Source: a virus (lineage: Duplodnaviria; Caudoviricetes). Taken from it: 64,000 bases of DNA. Made by a program: the position numbers and the translations under genes. Below are positions 1 to 9,066 of this stretch, one piece after another (position 1 is the stretch's first letter; each line of letters opens with the position of its first letter). The notes below the pieces were generated by a model that did no database searches, had not been told where the DNA came from, and worked only from the letters and a program-made list of their open reading frames with translations. The stretch lies in IMG/VR virus record IMGVR_UViG_3300044981_000214. One strand, 5' to 3'.

Positions 1-30
1 AGCTATATCTAACGTAGTAGCCATATCGCT

Positions 31-984
31 ATGGCTGTTCGCGCTAGTAATCGGACTGGCCGTTTTGACGATAGTCACGCAATTTTCATGAACCAGATTA
101 CGCTACCACATACAGAAAGCACGATACCGCCGCGAGCTGGTTGCCTACCATTGATTAAATGGGTAGGAGGTAAGAGAGCTTTAGTTCCCTTCCTGTCGCC
201 CATTATTCATGAGCTATTAACGGCGTCACATGGTCGCTACATCGAGCCTTTTCTTGGTGGTGGTGCTCTTGCACTCGACCTAGGCCAGCCAAATATGATG
301 CTGGCTGACTGCTGCAAGCCTCTTGTCACTATGTATCAAGGCGTGAAGAAAAATCCTGCAGCCGTTCATCGATTACTGACCGAACTGGTTTCTGAAGGCG
401 TTGACAAGGAATCGTATTTGCGGGTCCGTGCCATTCACAACGAGACCAAGGTTTCAGGAGTACTGCTAGGTGCAGCACGATTTCTCTATCTCAGCGCGCT
501 GTCGTTCAATGGACTCTATCGAGAAAACAGCAAGGGAGAATTCAACGTTCCGTGGGGGCAGAACGCCAAAGGCCAAAACCAGAAGCGTCGGATACCTAGT
601 TTGGAAGAAATCCAAGCAGTAGCGCGTGCACTGGCGACTAGTGAAGTTATAGTTAGCGACTTTAGCGGTTTAGTAAATCGAGCAGAACGAGGTGATGCGA
701 TTTATGGAGACCCACCCTACTATGAAACCTTTACGAACTATACTTCCAACGGCTTTATGGAACAAGACCAAGCTGATTTGGCTGTCACGCTCAAGTTAGC
801 GCACGAACGCGGTGTCTACGTTTTCGCCTCTAACATAGACCATCCTAGAATTCGCGAGCTGTATGCCTGGGCCTATATAACGCCTGTTACTGAGAAGCAC
901 ACGGTTGGTGCTACTGGAGCCAGACGAGGTGCCAAGAAAGCAGTACTGATAGCGGGGCACTCAGATTACCTGAGGCAACGATGA
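31..984 (+). CDS. dam: Dam-family (D12 class) N6-adenine DNA methyltransferase
   Basis: KWVGGK, EPFLGGG (motif I), FNGLYRENSKGEFNVPWG and GDPPY (motif IV); the real start may be Met at 88. Confidence 0.9.
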   Translation: MAVRASNRTGRFDDSHAIFMNQITLPHTESTIPPRAGCLPLIKWVGGKRALVPFLSPIIHELLTASHGRYIEPFLGGGALALDLGQPNMMLADCCKPLVTMYQGVKKNPAAVHRLLTELVSEGVDKESYLRVRAIHNETKVSGVLLGAARFLYLSALSFNGLYRENSKGEFNVPWGQNAKGQNQKRRIPSLEEIQAVARALATSEVIVSDFSGLVNRAERGDAIYGDPPYYETFTNYTSNGFMEQDQADLAVTLKLAHERGVYVFASNIDHPRIRELYAWAYITPVTEKHTVGATGARRGAKKAVLIAGHSDYLRQR

Positions 985-1265
985 TCTCTCAAGATGATGT
1001 TCTGTGGGCTATACGTGCGTTGAGTGCTGCACGAGAATTCGTTAAGGCAGAAGAGATGGCACGCGAGTTTGATCTTAGACCCTACTGTCGAATCTGTAGT
1101 GCGCCTATGACATTCGACACGCGAACCTGGTTGCTGATCGGAGGGCGTTGTGTATTCGCTTGTCTCGATTGTGTAAATAATGATTCTTACCTGTTCAATA
1201 TTCAGCGCACTCAATTCGTAGACTCTTTTCGCTACTATAAAGTTAGCGAACAGGACATCGAATAG
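981..1265 (+). CDS. Hypothetical protein, 'ALQA' helical-module family with Zn ribbon
   Basis: DDVLWAIRALSAAREFVKAEEMAREFDL followed by CRIC...CLDC; similar to 57277..57687. Confidence 0.6.
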   Translation: MISQDDVLWAIRALSAAREFVKAEEMAREFDLRPYCRICSAPMTFDTRTWLLIGGRCVFACLDCVNNDSYLFNIQRTQFVDSFRYYKVSEQDIE

Positions 1266-1268
1266 CCT

Positions 1269-1463
1269 TTAGTAATCGCTTCCCGGTTGGCCACTAGCGT
1301 TAGAGTTTGTGCATTCCAGTTCGTGATTAGTAGCTTTAGGACAACGCTTGTTGCCACAAGATTCACAGGTGACAAAGGTACGGGCTACCGCACGAGCGAG
1401 TCCTGAGAGATGTGCAAGCGCCGCGTCTTCACATTTACGACAGCAGTAGATGCTTGTCTTCAT
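1269..1463 (-). CDS. Small Cys-rich phage protein
   Basis: CCRKC...CESCGNKRCPKATNHELECTNSNASGQPGS. Confidence 0.6.
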   Translation of the reverse strand: MKTSIYCCRKCEDAALAHLSGLARAVARTFVTCESCGNKRCPKATNHELECTNSNASGQPGSDY

Positions 1464-1747
1464 TTTATCGCCCGCCTCTTCCTTTTGGGCGTTTGCTCGG
1501 TTTCGAACGGAACGCCGTTGACCCAGTACATGCAGATGCTGTGCAGGTCGCCGGGGTCGATACGACCTTCCTGGACGGCGAGCCTGACTCCACGCTCTGT
1601 GATGCCAAACAAATCTGCGAGGTCACTGTAGCTGTATCCCCACAGTTTTGCCCAGGCCTTGGTGGAAGTTCGCTCACTAAGTCTAACTTGCCTGCGCCGA
1701 GTGAAGTGCCGTTTTCTAGTTGAAGCTCGGGGGTATTGGTCGGGCAT
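1460..1747 (-). CDS. HTH DNA-binding protein
   Basis: YSYSDLADLFGITERGVRLAV helix-turn-helix; AAGGAG upstream of the ATG. Confidence 0.65.
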   Translation of the reverse strand: MPDQYPRASTRKRHFTRRRQVRLSERTSTKAWAKLWGYSYSDLADLFGITERGVRLAVQEGRIDPGDLHSICMYWVNGVPFETEQTPKRKRRAIK

Positions 1748-2097
1748 GGCAAGGGCTCCTTGAATGTAATTGCTATTGAGTCTCCTAGTGGTACAGAGGG
1801 CAAATTATCCAATACAGTAGCGATTGCCTCAGGCCTAATCCATGAGGCATGCAGGTGGTGTGATTGACAAGCAATCAATAGATTGTCAGCTAGCGCTTGG
1901 GCAAGCATGAGACCGCTATAACGTTTAGCTGCGATCAACAGTAATGGAAATGGATTAGCTATCTGAATTTCTCGATAACGTCCTGGTAGATCGTTAGTAG
2001 CGCCGAGCTGAATCGGTCCACAAGGTGCCAGTTGAATGGCATAGACTACGGGGACATTGATCAAGCCGTTTAGGTTATATCTGAGGCACAAATCCAT
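1465..2097 (-). CDS. GIY-YIG-like (T5orf172/MUG113) protein, probably degenerate
   Basis: VYAIQLAPCGPIQLGATNDLPGRYREIQIANPFPL; the 3' half overlaps the HTH gene and is doubtful. Confidence 0.5.
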   Translation of the reverse strand: MDLCLRYNLNGLINVPVVYAIQLAPCGPIQLGATNDLPGRYREIQIANPFPLLLIAAKRYSGLMLAQALADNLLIACQSHHLHASWIRPEAIATVLDNLPSVPLGDSIAITFKEPLPCPTNTPELQLENGTSLGAGKLDLVSELPPRPGQNCGDTATVTSQICLASQSVESGSPSRKVVSTPATCTASACTGSTAFRSKPSKRPKGRGGR

Positions 2098-2229
2098 GGT
2101 TATTACACGTCAGTCTAGCACATCTTGTTGCGCGTAAGTTCCGTTTCTAAGCCGTCGCCTGTATAGTTGTGATCGCTACTGCGATCAATGCTTGACGTAT
2201 AGGAATAGTAGTGGGATATTAGTTATACT

Positions 2230-2316
2230 ATGGCACGTAGAAAGAAGCACTGCGCACACGGTCGTAAGAAGAGCGGAGCCTGCAAGCGTAAGCCAGGCCG
2301 TAAGCGCGGTCGTTAA
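2230..2316 (+). CDS. 28-aa basic protamine-like peptide (not in ORF track)
   Basis: MARRKKHCAHGRKKSGACKRKPGRKRGR*; paralog of the next ORF. Confidence 0.75.
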   Translation: MARRKKHCAHGRKKSGACKRKPGRKRGR

Positions 2317-2369
2317 TTTACTCTTTAGTAACCTGTAACCTGTAACCAACTCAAACCAAGGAAAAAACA

Positions 2370-2465
2370 ATGGCACGTCGTAAGAAGAAGCACTGCAAGT
2401 TTGGCGTTGACAAGCGCAAGGGCAAGAACAGGTGCATTAAGCACCGCCGCGCTAAGCGCCGTTAA
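2370..2465 (+). CDS. 31-aa basic protamine-like peptide (not in ORF track)
   Basis: MARRKKKHCKFGVDKRKGKNRCIKHRRAKRR*; RBS AAGGAAAAAACA upstream. Confidence 0.78.
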   Translation: MARRKKKHCKFGVDKRKGKNRCIKHRRAKRR

Positions 2466-2479
2466 TCTGGATATGCGTC

Positions 2480-2700
2480 GCGCGGTATTTATACACACGC
2501 GACCTATTCGTCTTGAAAGTCCGCGAAGGCGCAATAGGATAAAATCTATTGTGCGTCGGCCTGCATATCATGAGTCGCCTCGGCGACGCGCTTATGCTTG
2601 ATCGGCTTTGCCCTGAAATTCTTTAGGGCTTCTCCTTCAACGACCTTAAATTTCAAGGCCTCCAGAACCCGCAAGCCGCGGGCTAAAATATTTAGGGCTG
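2480..2700 (-). ncRNA. Putative omegaRNA of TnpB-1
   Basis: Hairpin-rich region overlapping the tnpB 3' end (e.g. CAATAG..CTATTG); boundaries uncertain. Confidence 0.4.
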
Positions 2701-3769
2701 CGTTATGGTCGCGGTCTAATGTTAGGCCGCACTGAGGGCAATCGTGTACTCGGACACTCAAGTCCTTAGGTACCGGTTTGCCGCAGCCGTAACAGTCAAT
2801 CGATGTGCCGCTAGGGTTTACTGCCTGTACCCACTTACCAGCTTCTTCCGCTTTGTTAGTAGTACAAATGATGAAGGCACTCCAAGCAACATCATTGATT
2901 GCTTTACTCAAGCAGTGATTACGAACCATTCCTTTGATGTTCAACGCTTCAAAGGCGATGAGGTCGTACTTTGTTACTAACTCCTTTGCGAGGTGTCGGG
3001 CGTGATTGAGTTTCAAGTTCTTGATACGCTCGTAGGCCTTGGCAAGCTGGACCTTAGCTCTGAAACGGTTGTTGGAGTCCTTCTGCTTACGTGCTAGCTC
3101 TTGGTTGAGACGTTTCAACTTAGCTTCAGACTCACGATAGAACCGTGGGTTGGGGATGTGCTCACCGTTAGAGAGCGTCGCGAAGTGAGTCAAGCCGACA
3201 TCGATGCCAATCGCGGTTCCTGTGTTGTTCTTGTTCGGTGAAGGGCCAAGCTCAAGAACTAAACTGATAGCCCAATTCCCTGTACTCTTGTACTTTACGC
3301 TTACCTGCTTTATCTTCGCGTGCGCAGGTATCTTACGGTATAGATTGAATTTTACATAGCCGAGAGTTGGAATCTTGATCCGATTCTTAACTATTCTGGT
3401 CTTAGGGAACGTAAATGAGGCGTACCGGCGCGCACCTTTGTATCGTGGATAGCCTGGTACATCACCTTGCTTCACGCGTCTAAAGAAGGCAAGGAAAGCG
3501 CGATCGAGCCGAGTAATAGCTGACCTAAGAACGTCAACTGAGATTGCGCCCCATTCAAGGTCTTTCCTAAGTTCAGTCAGTTCTATCGTCTGATCAAATC
3601 GACTTATCGCCTTCTTCTGTGTCGTATACGCATGAGTACGCTGTTCCAAACAAGCGTTATAGAGCCAGCGGCAATGCTTGATCCAATCAAATAGTGTCTC
3701 TGCTTGTTTGGGCGTAGGCAATAGCGGATATGTGTAACTACGAAGCAAGCGGACGACATTTAAGCACAT
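2546..3769 (-). CDS. tnpB: TnpB RNA-guided endonuclease (IS200/IS605-type), no tnpA nearby
   Basis: N-terminal HTH; RuvC D (IGIDVG), E (IAFEAL) and D (DRDHNAA); CxxC-CxxC finger. Confidence 0.95.
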   Translation of the reverse strand: MCLNVVRLLRSYTYPLLPTPKQAETLFDWIKHCRWLYNACLEQRTHAYTTQKKAISRFDQTIELTELRKDLEWGAISVDVLRSAITRLDRAFLAFFRRVKQGDVPGYPRYKGARRYASFTFPKTRIVKNRIKIPTLGYVKFNLYRKIPAHAKIKQVSVKYKSTGNWAISLVLELGPSPNKNNTGTAIGIDVGLTHFATLSNGEHIPNPRFYRESEAKLKRLNQELARKQKDSNNRFRAKVQLAKAYERIKNLKLNHARHLAKELVTKYDLIAFEALNIKGMVRNHCLSKAINDVAWSAFIICTTNKAEEAGKWVQAVNPSGTSIDCYGCGKPVPKDLSVRVHDCPQCGLTLDRDHNAALNILARGLRVLEALKFKVVEGEALKNFRAKPIKHKRVAEATHDMQADAQ

Positions 3770-3790
3770 GAACCATTACATGACAAGTGG

Positions 3791-3819
3791 TTGTAAGACC
3801 TAATTGAATATTGTAAGCT
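3791..3819 (+). promoter_or_regulatory. sigma70-type promoter of the 3826 operon
   Basis: TTGTAA-N17-TAAGCT, with the ATG 6 nt downstream. Confidence 0.55.
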
Positions 3820-3825
3820 TATCTT

Positions 3826-3954
3826 ATGGCAATCAAACCGATGGTCCTAGGTCTAGTAGGCCGTCGGACAAATAAACGCATTTGTGTAAAGGTCGGTCGT
3901 CGTGTCTACTGCGGTAGACGTGTCAAACGTCAAGCAAGGCTTAAACTTAGGTAG
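3826..3954 (+). CDS. 42-aa basic Cys-paired peptide (not in ORF track)
   Basis: MAIKPMVLGLVGRRTNKRICVKVGRRVYCGRRVKRQARLKLR*. Confidence 0.7.
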   Translation: MAIKPMVLGLVGRRTNKRICVKVGRRVYCGRRVKRQARLKLR

Positions 3955-3963
3955 GATCCTGAT

Positions 3964-4251
3964 ATGCCCATTAAGCCAGTAACTGTCATCGCGAAAGGTC
4001 CCCTAAAGAACGTTCAGCGTGCAGCAGCACGTTATGACGTTCCCGTTTCTGACTGTCGAGCTATTGGCGGTGACGTACAGTGTCACACGTTATGCAGCGC
4101 TGAAGCTAATATGGCTGAATGGTTCTCAGCACGTGGGCGTGTCAAGCAGGGAAGAGGATTCCCGCCTGGCACGCTTCTCTATTATTCCGGCAAGTGCGGG
4201 ACACGCGAGCTAGGGACAAGACGTTCGCGTAAACGTACGCGGAGGCGCTAA
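3964..4251 (+). CDS. Hypothetical protein with LG + Arg-rich tail
   Basis: Ends RELG-TRRSRKRTRRR; TAGGAT 6 nt before the ATG. Confidence 0.7.
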   Translation: MPIKPVTVIAKGPLKNVQRAAARYDVPVSDCRAIGGDVQCHTLCSAEANMAEWFSARGRVKQGRGFPPGTLLYYSGKCGTRELGTRRSRKRTRRR

Positions 4252-4256
4252 AAGCC

Positions 4257-4817
4257 GTGCGACGGCATCGTTCAACAGGCTTCGGTGACACGCCTGAAGA
4301 GGCGTGGATGATTGCGCGTGATGCTATTGAGGAGGAAAAGCCAGGCTACCAGGAGCGCGTATCTCAGATAGTTAAGCAGGGTAAAGATTTGCTTAACGCT
4401 GAAGACATTAAGACAGGTAGAAAATCTGTCCCCCGTGACTTGTTGCCATACGACCTCGAACGTAATCCGCGGATCAAGACTACGTACTCGATAATAACAC
4501 CTGAATCAGCAGAAATTGGTGACACAGCAGAACGTGGTTGGATCGACGAGGAAGGCGAATCGATGTTACCCGCTGATGAAGACGAGACAGTCATCGATCG
4601 GGCAGTAGCATTTCTGCTGAGTGAAGGTATTACTGAGTCGTCATCATCGGGCAGTTACGGCAGATGGCCAGGTCCTGGAATTTGGTATTCAACACAATTT
4701 GAAATGGACTATTCTACAGGCAATGAGGAAGAGCGTTCATTTCATCTATATGAGTTTACTGATGACGAGGAGAAAGCTATATACTTTGCCTTGAAGTCAA
4801 AGATTAGATCCCTATGA
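4257..4817 (+). CDS. Acidic protein with basic FGD leader; N-domain shared with 55994..56629
   Basis: MRRHRSTGFGD...ARDAIEEEKPGY. Confidence 0.75.
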   Translation: MRRHRSTGFGDTPEEAWMIARDAIEEEKPGYQERVSQIVKQGKDLLNAEDIKTGRKSVPRDLLPYDLERNPRIKTTYSIITPESAEIGDTAERGWIDEEGESMLPADEDETVIDRAVAFLLSEGITESSSSGSYGRWPGPGIWYSTQFEMDYSTGNEEERSFHLYEFTDDEEKAIYFALKSKIRSL

Positions 4818-5146
4818 GACGCAAACCTTGTCCAGCTGGCAAGACGCCAGACATCAACCGTGGCGGCTGTCGTCTAATCGGTAAGATCGGCAATCGCCAA
4901 CTGGGCAGCACACGACCGCTAGTTACGAATCCTACTGAGAACGCTGCACGGATCGTTGAACGTGCATTTGAGAACTGCCAGGATCGTCGCGGACGCGCTT
5001 TTTGGCAAAATAATCGCTGGTTCGTTGAAGATGATAAGCGCCGCGTTTATGCTGCTCTAGATGCGTCTCCAGGCTGTGCAGGGTCGAATATTGACTTCAC
5101 CCAAGTGAAGAGTTTTGGGCAGGTCGATAGGAAGAAAAAACGCTGA
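4814..5146 (+). CDS. Hypothetical protein with LG/FG motifs
   Basis: NRQLG-ST and KSFG-QVDRKKKR; overlaps the upstream stop (ATGA). Confidence 0.65.
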   Translation: MRRKPCPAGKTPDINRGGCRLIGKIGNRQLGSTRPLVTNPTENAARIVERAFENCQDRRGRAFWQNNRWFVEDDKRRVYAALDASPGCAGSNIDFTQVKSFGQVDRKKKR

Positions 5147-5184
5147 ATTGTGTGATAAGCTAGGTTAAAGAAAGGCTTAATCAA

Positions 5185-5883
5185 ATGGTTTCAGTTTTTA
5201 CTCTAGAGGGCCTTTCTCCACAGCAACTCAGTCTGTTGGGTACACCTACGGACACCAGTTTCTGGAATACCGGTGAGAATTACCAGACACTAAATACAGT
5301 CGCCAAGCCGCCCGCTAACGTTCGTCGCATGGAAAATTATCAGCCTTCTGGATTGCCTCAAGCGATGGCCAATCAGCCAAGCCTAGGCAATCCGCCTATC
5401 CAGTATTTCAACATGAACGACACGGGGCCATTACAGCGGGCTCTGGACAATAGACTGCATTTGGGCGACACACCGATTATTGAATATGGTGTGTTCGCTC
5501 ACAACAATCCACGTATGCTTGGCGACATTGCTACGCAGCCTAGCAACGTTCCAACGAATCCTAATACAGTCTACTACCCTATCAACTACGGTGGACCGTA
5601 TGCGCCACACGGTAAAGTTATCGGACCACAGAGGCCATTCACTTACGTTTACGGTGCAGGTGGTACGCCGACATCGTACGGTTGGACACCTCCGCCACGC
5701 GGCGCGATTACTGATTATGCTAACCCGACGCCCAATTTCGTGTCGTTCAGCGGGCCACAACAGTTAGGCCATTATGGTCACGGCTATCGGTATGAAGACA
5801 GCGACTGTAGCCCGAATTGGGTCGTTGCAGGCGTTGGGATGGCGCTAGGCGCAGCTGTAGTTTGGCTATTGGGCAAACGCTAG
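5185..5883 (+). CDS. Pro/Asn/Tyr-rich tail-anchored membrane protein with repeated LG motifs
   Basis: Five luminal LG motifs; C-terminus EDSDCSPNW + TM + KR. Confidence 0.75.
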   Translation: MVSVFTLEGLSPQQLSLLGTPTDTSFWNTGENYQTLNTVAKPPANVRRMENYQPSGLPQAMANQPSLGNPPIQYFNMNDTGPLQRALDNRLHLGDTPIIEYGVFAHNNPRMLGDIATQPSNVPTNPNTVYYPINYGGPYAPHGKVIGPQRPFTYVYGAGGTPTSYGWTPPPRGAITDYANPTPNFVSFSGPQQLGHYGHGYRYEDSDCSPNWVVAGVGMALGAAVVWLLGKR

Positions 5884-5916
5884 CGCTGATGGGAGCTTTC
5901 GCGTAGACTGTTAGAC

Positions 5917-6198
5917 ATGAGACAGCTCGTGTTCGCAATTATTGGCTTGGGACGAGAGAATATGGCTCGTGTGACGAGCGCTGATCCACGATGTGCGTTG
6001 GATGTCGCCATCGCACAAGCGCAGGTGCCTCACCCGATTGATAAAGACATTCGTAAGTGTCTTAACGAGATTGTAGAAATGCGGCCCAGCAACGCGGCGA
6101 CTAGCGTTCGGATATCCGAACTACTGATCCGTGGTGATATTGATTACAAGTTTGGCGAAGATTGGACCGTTAGCATCGGAACGGTCGAAGTCATTTAG
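5917..6198 (+). CDS. Hypothetical protein
   Basis: ORF with TAGACT 7 nt before the ATG. Confidence 0.55.
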   Translation: MRQLVFAIIGLGRENMARVTSADPRCALDVAIAQAQVPHPIDKDIRKCLNEIVEMRPSNAATSVRISELLIRGDIDYKFGEDWTVSIGTVEVI

Positions 6199-6698
6199 AG
6201 CTTAGCAGCTTGGTCCTGTGCGATGTCCTTGCATTCACGCTGTGTCTGCCCTGAGCCGACTATCTTCCAACCGCTAGGGCTCAGAGCAATATGTCTTGCA
6301 GCACAACCCAACGCTGGCCGTGTGCATCCGCCATAGATAGGCGTGATCCACCATTTGCCGCAGTATGATTCGACGTAGTCATTGAACGAACGCTTCCAGC
6401 GAATCATTTCTTCAGCTCGCCGTCTGGTGTCGTCTGCGGGTGCTGCGCCCACCACGCATTGAACTTCGCGCTCAGGTCGTCTGGCGACCAGTAGACGCTG
6501 CTCACCTCGTTGGCCGCAGCTTGGTAAGCCTGCCAGGCGACGTCCATCGGACGCAAGAGAGTTCGTTTTTTCTTGGTCATATTGTTAGCACCAGATCAGT
6601 TGGGCGATAACGGCAATCCAGCCAATTATAATCGACACGCCAATGACAATGTCAAACTTGGTATCTTGTTGTTTGTAAATCATTGCTATTTGCTTCTC

Positions 6699-7289
6699 TT
6701 ATGACTTGTTCTGTTTATCTGCATGCTCAGCAAGCTGCTTGATTCGACTCATGGCCCACAGGACGTTCTTGGGGTACTGCAGCGTGGTGTAGATGCTCAC
6801 GCCGCTATAGCCTGCGCCATAACCAGCCAGAGCACACTGCAAACGGTCATCGTCAGCTAGACTAGCACAATGCGGATCGTGCATCCAGATTGTTAGCTCC
6901 TTGGCTCCGGTCTCGTAGGCGTAAACGAGATCGGTCCGCATCTTGTCACATTCCTCCCAAGAAATATTGCCGCCGGTCTGGCTGACACCGCAGTAATAAG
7001 TGGGAAACGCGTGGGGCGGCTTCTCGTGAGACGTCCAGGGCGTGGTAACGCGCTTGCAGTTCTTGCCGTCGTCATCACACTCACGACGTGAAAGCGCCAT
7101 GGTATCGTAACGCGATTCAATGAGTGCTTGGCCCAACAGTAATTCGACAGGAAGGCTGTATTTCTCGGCTGCCTTAGTAGCAGCTTCCACGTTGAGTTTG
7201 GCATTATCTTCAGAGAGGCTAAATGACGCACTCTGAGGAAGGTTAGCCGCCATACCGATGATCGCTGTAACGAGAGCTGGAATAGTCAT
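6699..7289 (-). CDS. Lytic transglycosylase (SLT/lysozyme-like)
   Basis: AEKYSLPVELLLGQALIESRYD (catalytic ES), ALAGYGAG; hydrophobic N-terminus. Confidence 0.7.
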   Translation of the reverse strand: MTIPALVTAIIGMAANLPQSASFSLSEDNAKLNVEAATKAAEKYSLPVELLLGQALIESRYDTMALSRRECDDDGKNCKRVTTPWTSHEKPPHAFPTYYCGVSQTGGNISWEECDKMRTDLVYAYETGAKELTIWMHDPHCASLADDDRLQCALAGYGAGYSGVSIYTTLQYPKNVLWAMSRIKQLAEHADKQNKS

Positions 7290-7398
7290 TGTTGTTGAGG
7301 ACCCTATCTTGTCTGTTTGTCCAGATCAAGGCAGGAGCAGCAGGGATTATTTCGTAGGGTGTAAATCGTTCATTTCTGGTAAGATAGGAAATATCGCC

Positions 7399-7899
7399 AT
7401 GCCTGCTAAGAAACCTGCAGATGTATTGACTATTTCGGAGTTAGCTAAGATGTTCGGCTTGCCGGAATGGGACGAAGTCGATGAAATGAATCTAGATTAT
7501 TATTGGGAGCTTGCGAGGGGCTCTGAGGACGAAACTGAGGCCGAGTCAGCGGCTCAACAAGAGGTTTATGGGCAATGGTACGATGCTGTAGAACAAGTAG
7601 CTGCCAAACTGTTTGGCGAGTACGAGCTTGAACTAGGTCCGCGGAATACCAAAGATTCAGATCGACCGTACGAACTTCGTATTACGCCCAAGACGACATG
7701 GAATGATGCGGCTCAAAAGATCATCAATACCATCAATGGCGTAGGGCACTTTCATTTTTCTTCGCTTAAGGAATTCCTTGACTCTGGACCGTACACAGCA
7801 CGTCAGGCTGTTCTTGAACATCTTAGTTACGTGAGACGTGCGCCTGAGGTCTACGGTGACACTTCACCCCGTCAGCTGTACGAGAGGTATTTCCGGTAA
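7399..7899 (+). CDS. Hypothetical acidic phage protein
   Basis: Start chosen after TGGTAAGAT and AGGA; the ORF track starts at 7258. Confidence 0.65.
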   Translation: MPAKKPADVLTISELAKMFGLPEWDEVDEMNLDYYWELARGSEDETEAESAAQQEVYGQWYDAVEQVAAKLFGEYELELGPRNTKDSDRPYELRITPKTTWNDAAQKIINTINGVGHFHFSSLKEFLDSGPYTARQAVLEHLSYVRRAPEVYGDTSPRQLYERYFR

Positions 7900-7941
7900 T
7901 TTCTTGCTCTAATCCGGTTTAGACGGTATCGTTCGTTTGTC

Positions 7942-8298
7942 GTGCTAACCGTTACGCGTGAAGGCGCTACGCCCAACATGCTAAAGTACTATATCGTTGC
8001 CGACGAGGACGGCGGAGAAATAGCTATTGCGCGAGAACAGCTATTGAAAGATTGCACCTTCGGGCCTTTGAGAAAATACATTGATTCAGCCGTCAGTCTC
8101 CCAAGCGCTGATGCTGCCTGGCAGTATCTATTCTGCAATACTTCTATACGCGCGCTGCTGACACCAAGAACGTTAGCCAGGACCTGCGTTGATGCCGCAG
8201 TATTGATACCTAGCGGTAAGTTGCAGATCTGTTTTAGAGCAGAACCGAACGCTAAAGCTGTTTTCGCACTTGAATTTCGTCACACTCTATCTGCATAA
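7942..8298 (+). CDS. Hypothetical protein
   Basis: ORF in operon order. Confidence 0.5.
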   Translation: MLTVTREGATPNMLKYYIVADEDGGEIAIAREQLLKDCTFGPLRKYIDSAVSLPSADAAWQYLFCNTSIRALLTPRTLARTCVDAAVLIPSGKLQICFRAEPNAKAVFALEFRHTLSA

Positions 8299-8306
8299 TT
8301 TAGTGA

Positions 8307-8648
8307 GTGGGATTCAAGATATTGATCTTTGCGTTTATTGGCGCTTCACTAGTATCAGTGCCTAAGGCATCTGCCGTACAAGACCCTGATGAACCTACAG
8401 CACCAATGCCTGACGCTAGGCCTGAACCACATGAACCGCCCCCGCTACCTGACCCGATTCCGGTTCCTCCAGAATCCCCGACTGATCCTGTAGAACTTCC
8501 TCCAGACCAAAATCCATTGCCCGATCCAGAAGACCCGCCTGACAGACCTGGGCCCGATGATTTTAGATATAGCCAAGACCTTCGCAGTTTAGACACGGCT
8601 GCCAGCCTACGCCGAAGCCTACAAAGATCATCCCGACGGGATGATTAA
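8307..8648 (+). CDS. Secreted Pro/Asp/Glu-rich low-complexity protein
   Basis: Signal peptide (..KASA) followed by PDP/PEP-rich tract. Confidence 0.55.
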   Translation: MGFKILIFAFIGASLVSVPKASAVQDPDEPTAPMPDARPEPHEPPPLPDPIPVPPESPTDPVELPPDQNPLPDPEDPPDRPGPDDFRYSQDLRSLDTAASLRRSLQRSSRRDD

Positions 8649-9066
8649 TCTCGTCCGGTTGCTGCCTGCAAGCCGGACATTGTCGAAGGGCGATCACGCG
8701 ATCGATACACTGCTTAGCCGTCTCATTTTCTTTGGGATCGAGGCTGAGACAAATATAGTCGGTGTCAGTTACTATTGCGTTCGGATCGCCGGTATTTAGC
8801 CGCTCAGCAGCAGCACGAAAGGCATCTGCCTGAAGAGGCACGAAGATCTTGTCTGAATATATGTGATATCGATATCGTGTAAGGTCACCGTAACTGATTC
8901 GATAACTACGATTTCCTGCGACGTGGAATCCCCAATCCGGGCCTTCTTCAATAACTAAGCGTTCCGCCTTAAAATCAGCTTCGATGTTATTAAGCACCAA
9001 TAAAGCCTGCAGGGCTTCCAATTTCTCACGGGGAAGTATCATGAATCGTACCTGTGCCCGCGGCAT
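8563..9066 (-). CDS. Hypothetical protein, ALQA module + C-terminal DnaJ-like Zn finger
   Basis: EKLEALQALL; CPAC...CLNCEGLG. Confidence 0.6.
   Translation of the reverse strand: MPRAQVRFMILPREKLEALQALLVLNNIEADFKAERLVIEEGPDWGFHVAGNRSYRISYGDLTRYRYHIYSDKIFVPLQADAFRAAAERLNTGDPNAIVTDTDYICLSLDPKENETAKQCIDRVIALRQCPACRQQPDEINHPVGMIFVGFGVGWQPCLNCEGLGYI

Noticed and set aside
2185-2601. ORF-track calls 2185, 2325 and 2401
   Set aside because: Shadows of the basic micropeptides and the omegaRNA region
3414-3427. TnpB-2 tail (AATGAGGCAGACCG) vs tnpB-1 interior (AATGAGGCGTACCG)
   Set aside because: 12/14 with mismatches in the presumed seed; expected by chance
2546-3769. Cas12f/CRISPR locus or nuclease-dead TldR
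   Set aside because: No array or cas1/cas2, and the D-E-D triad is intact
8300-8596. Gly/Ser-rich minus-strand ORF
   Set aside because: Mirror of the Pro-rich plus-strand ORF, which has a signal peptide
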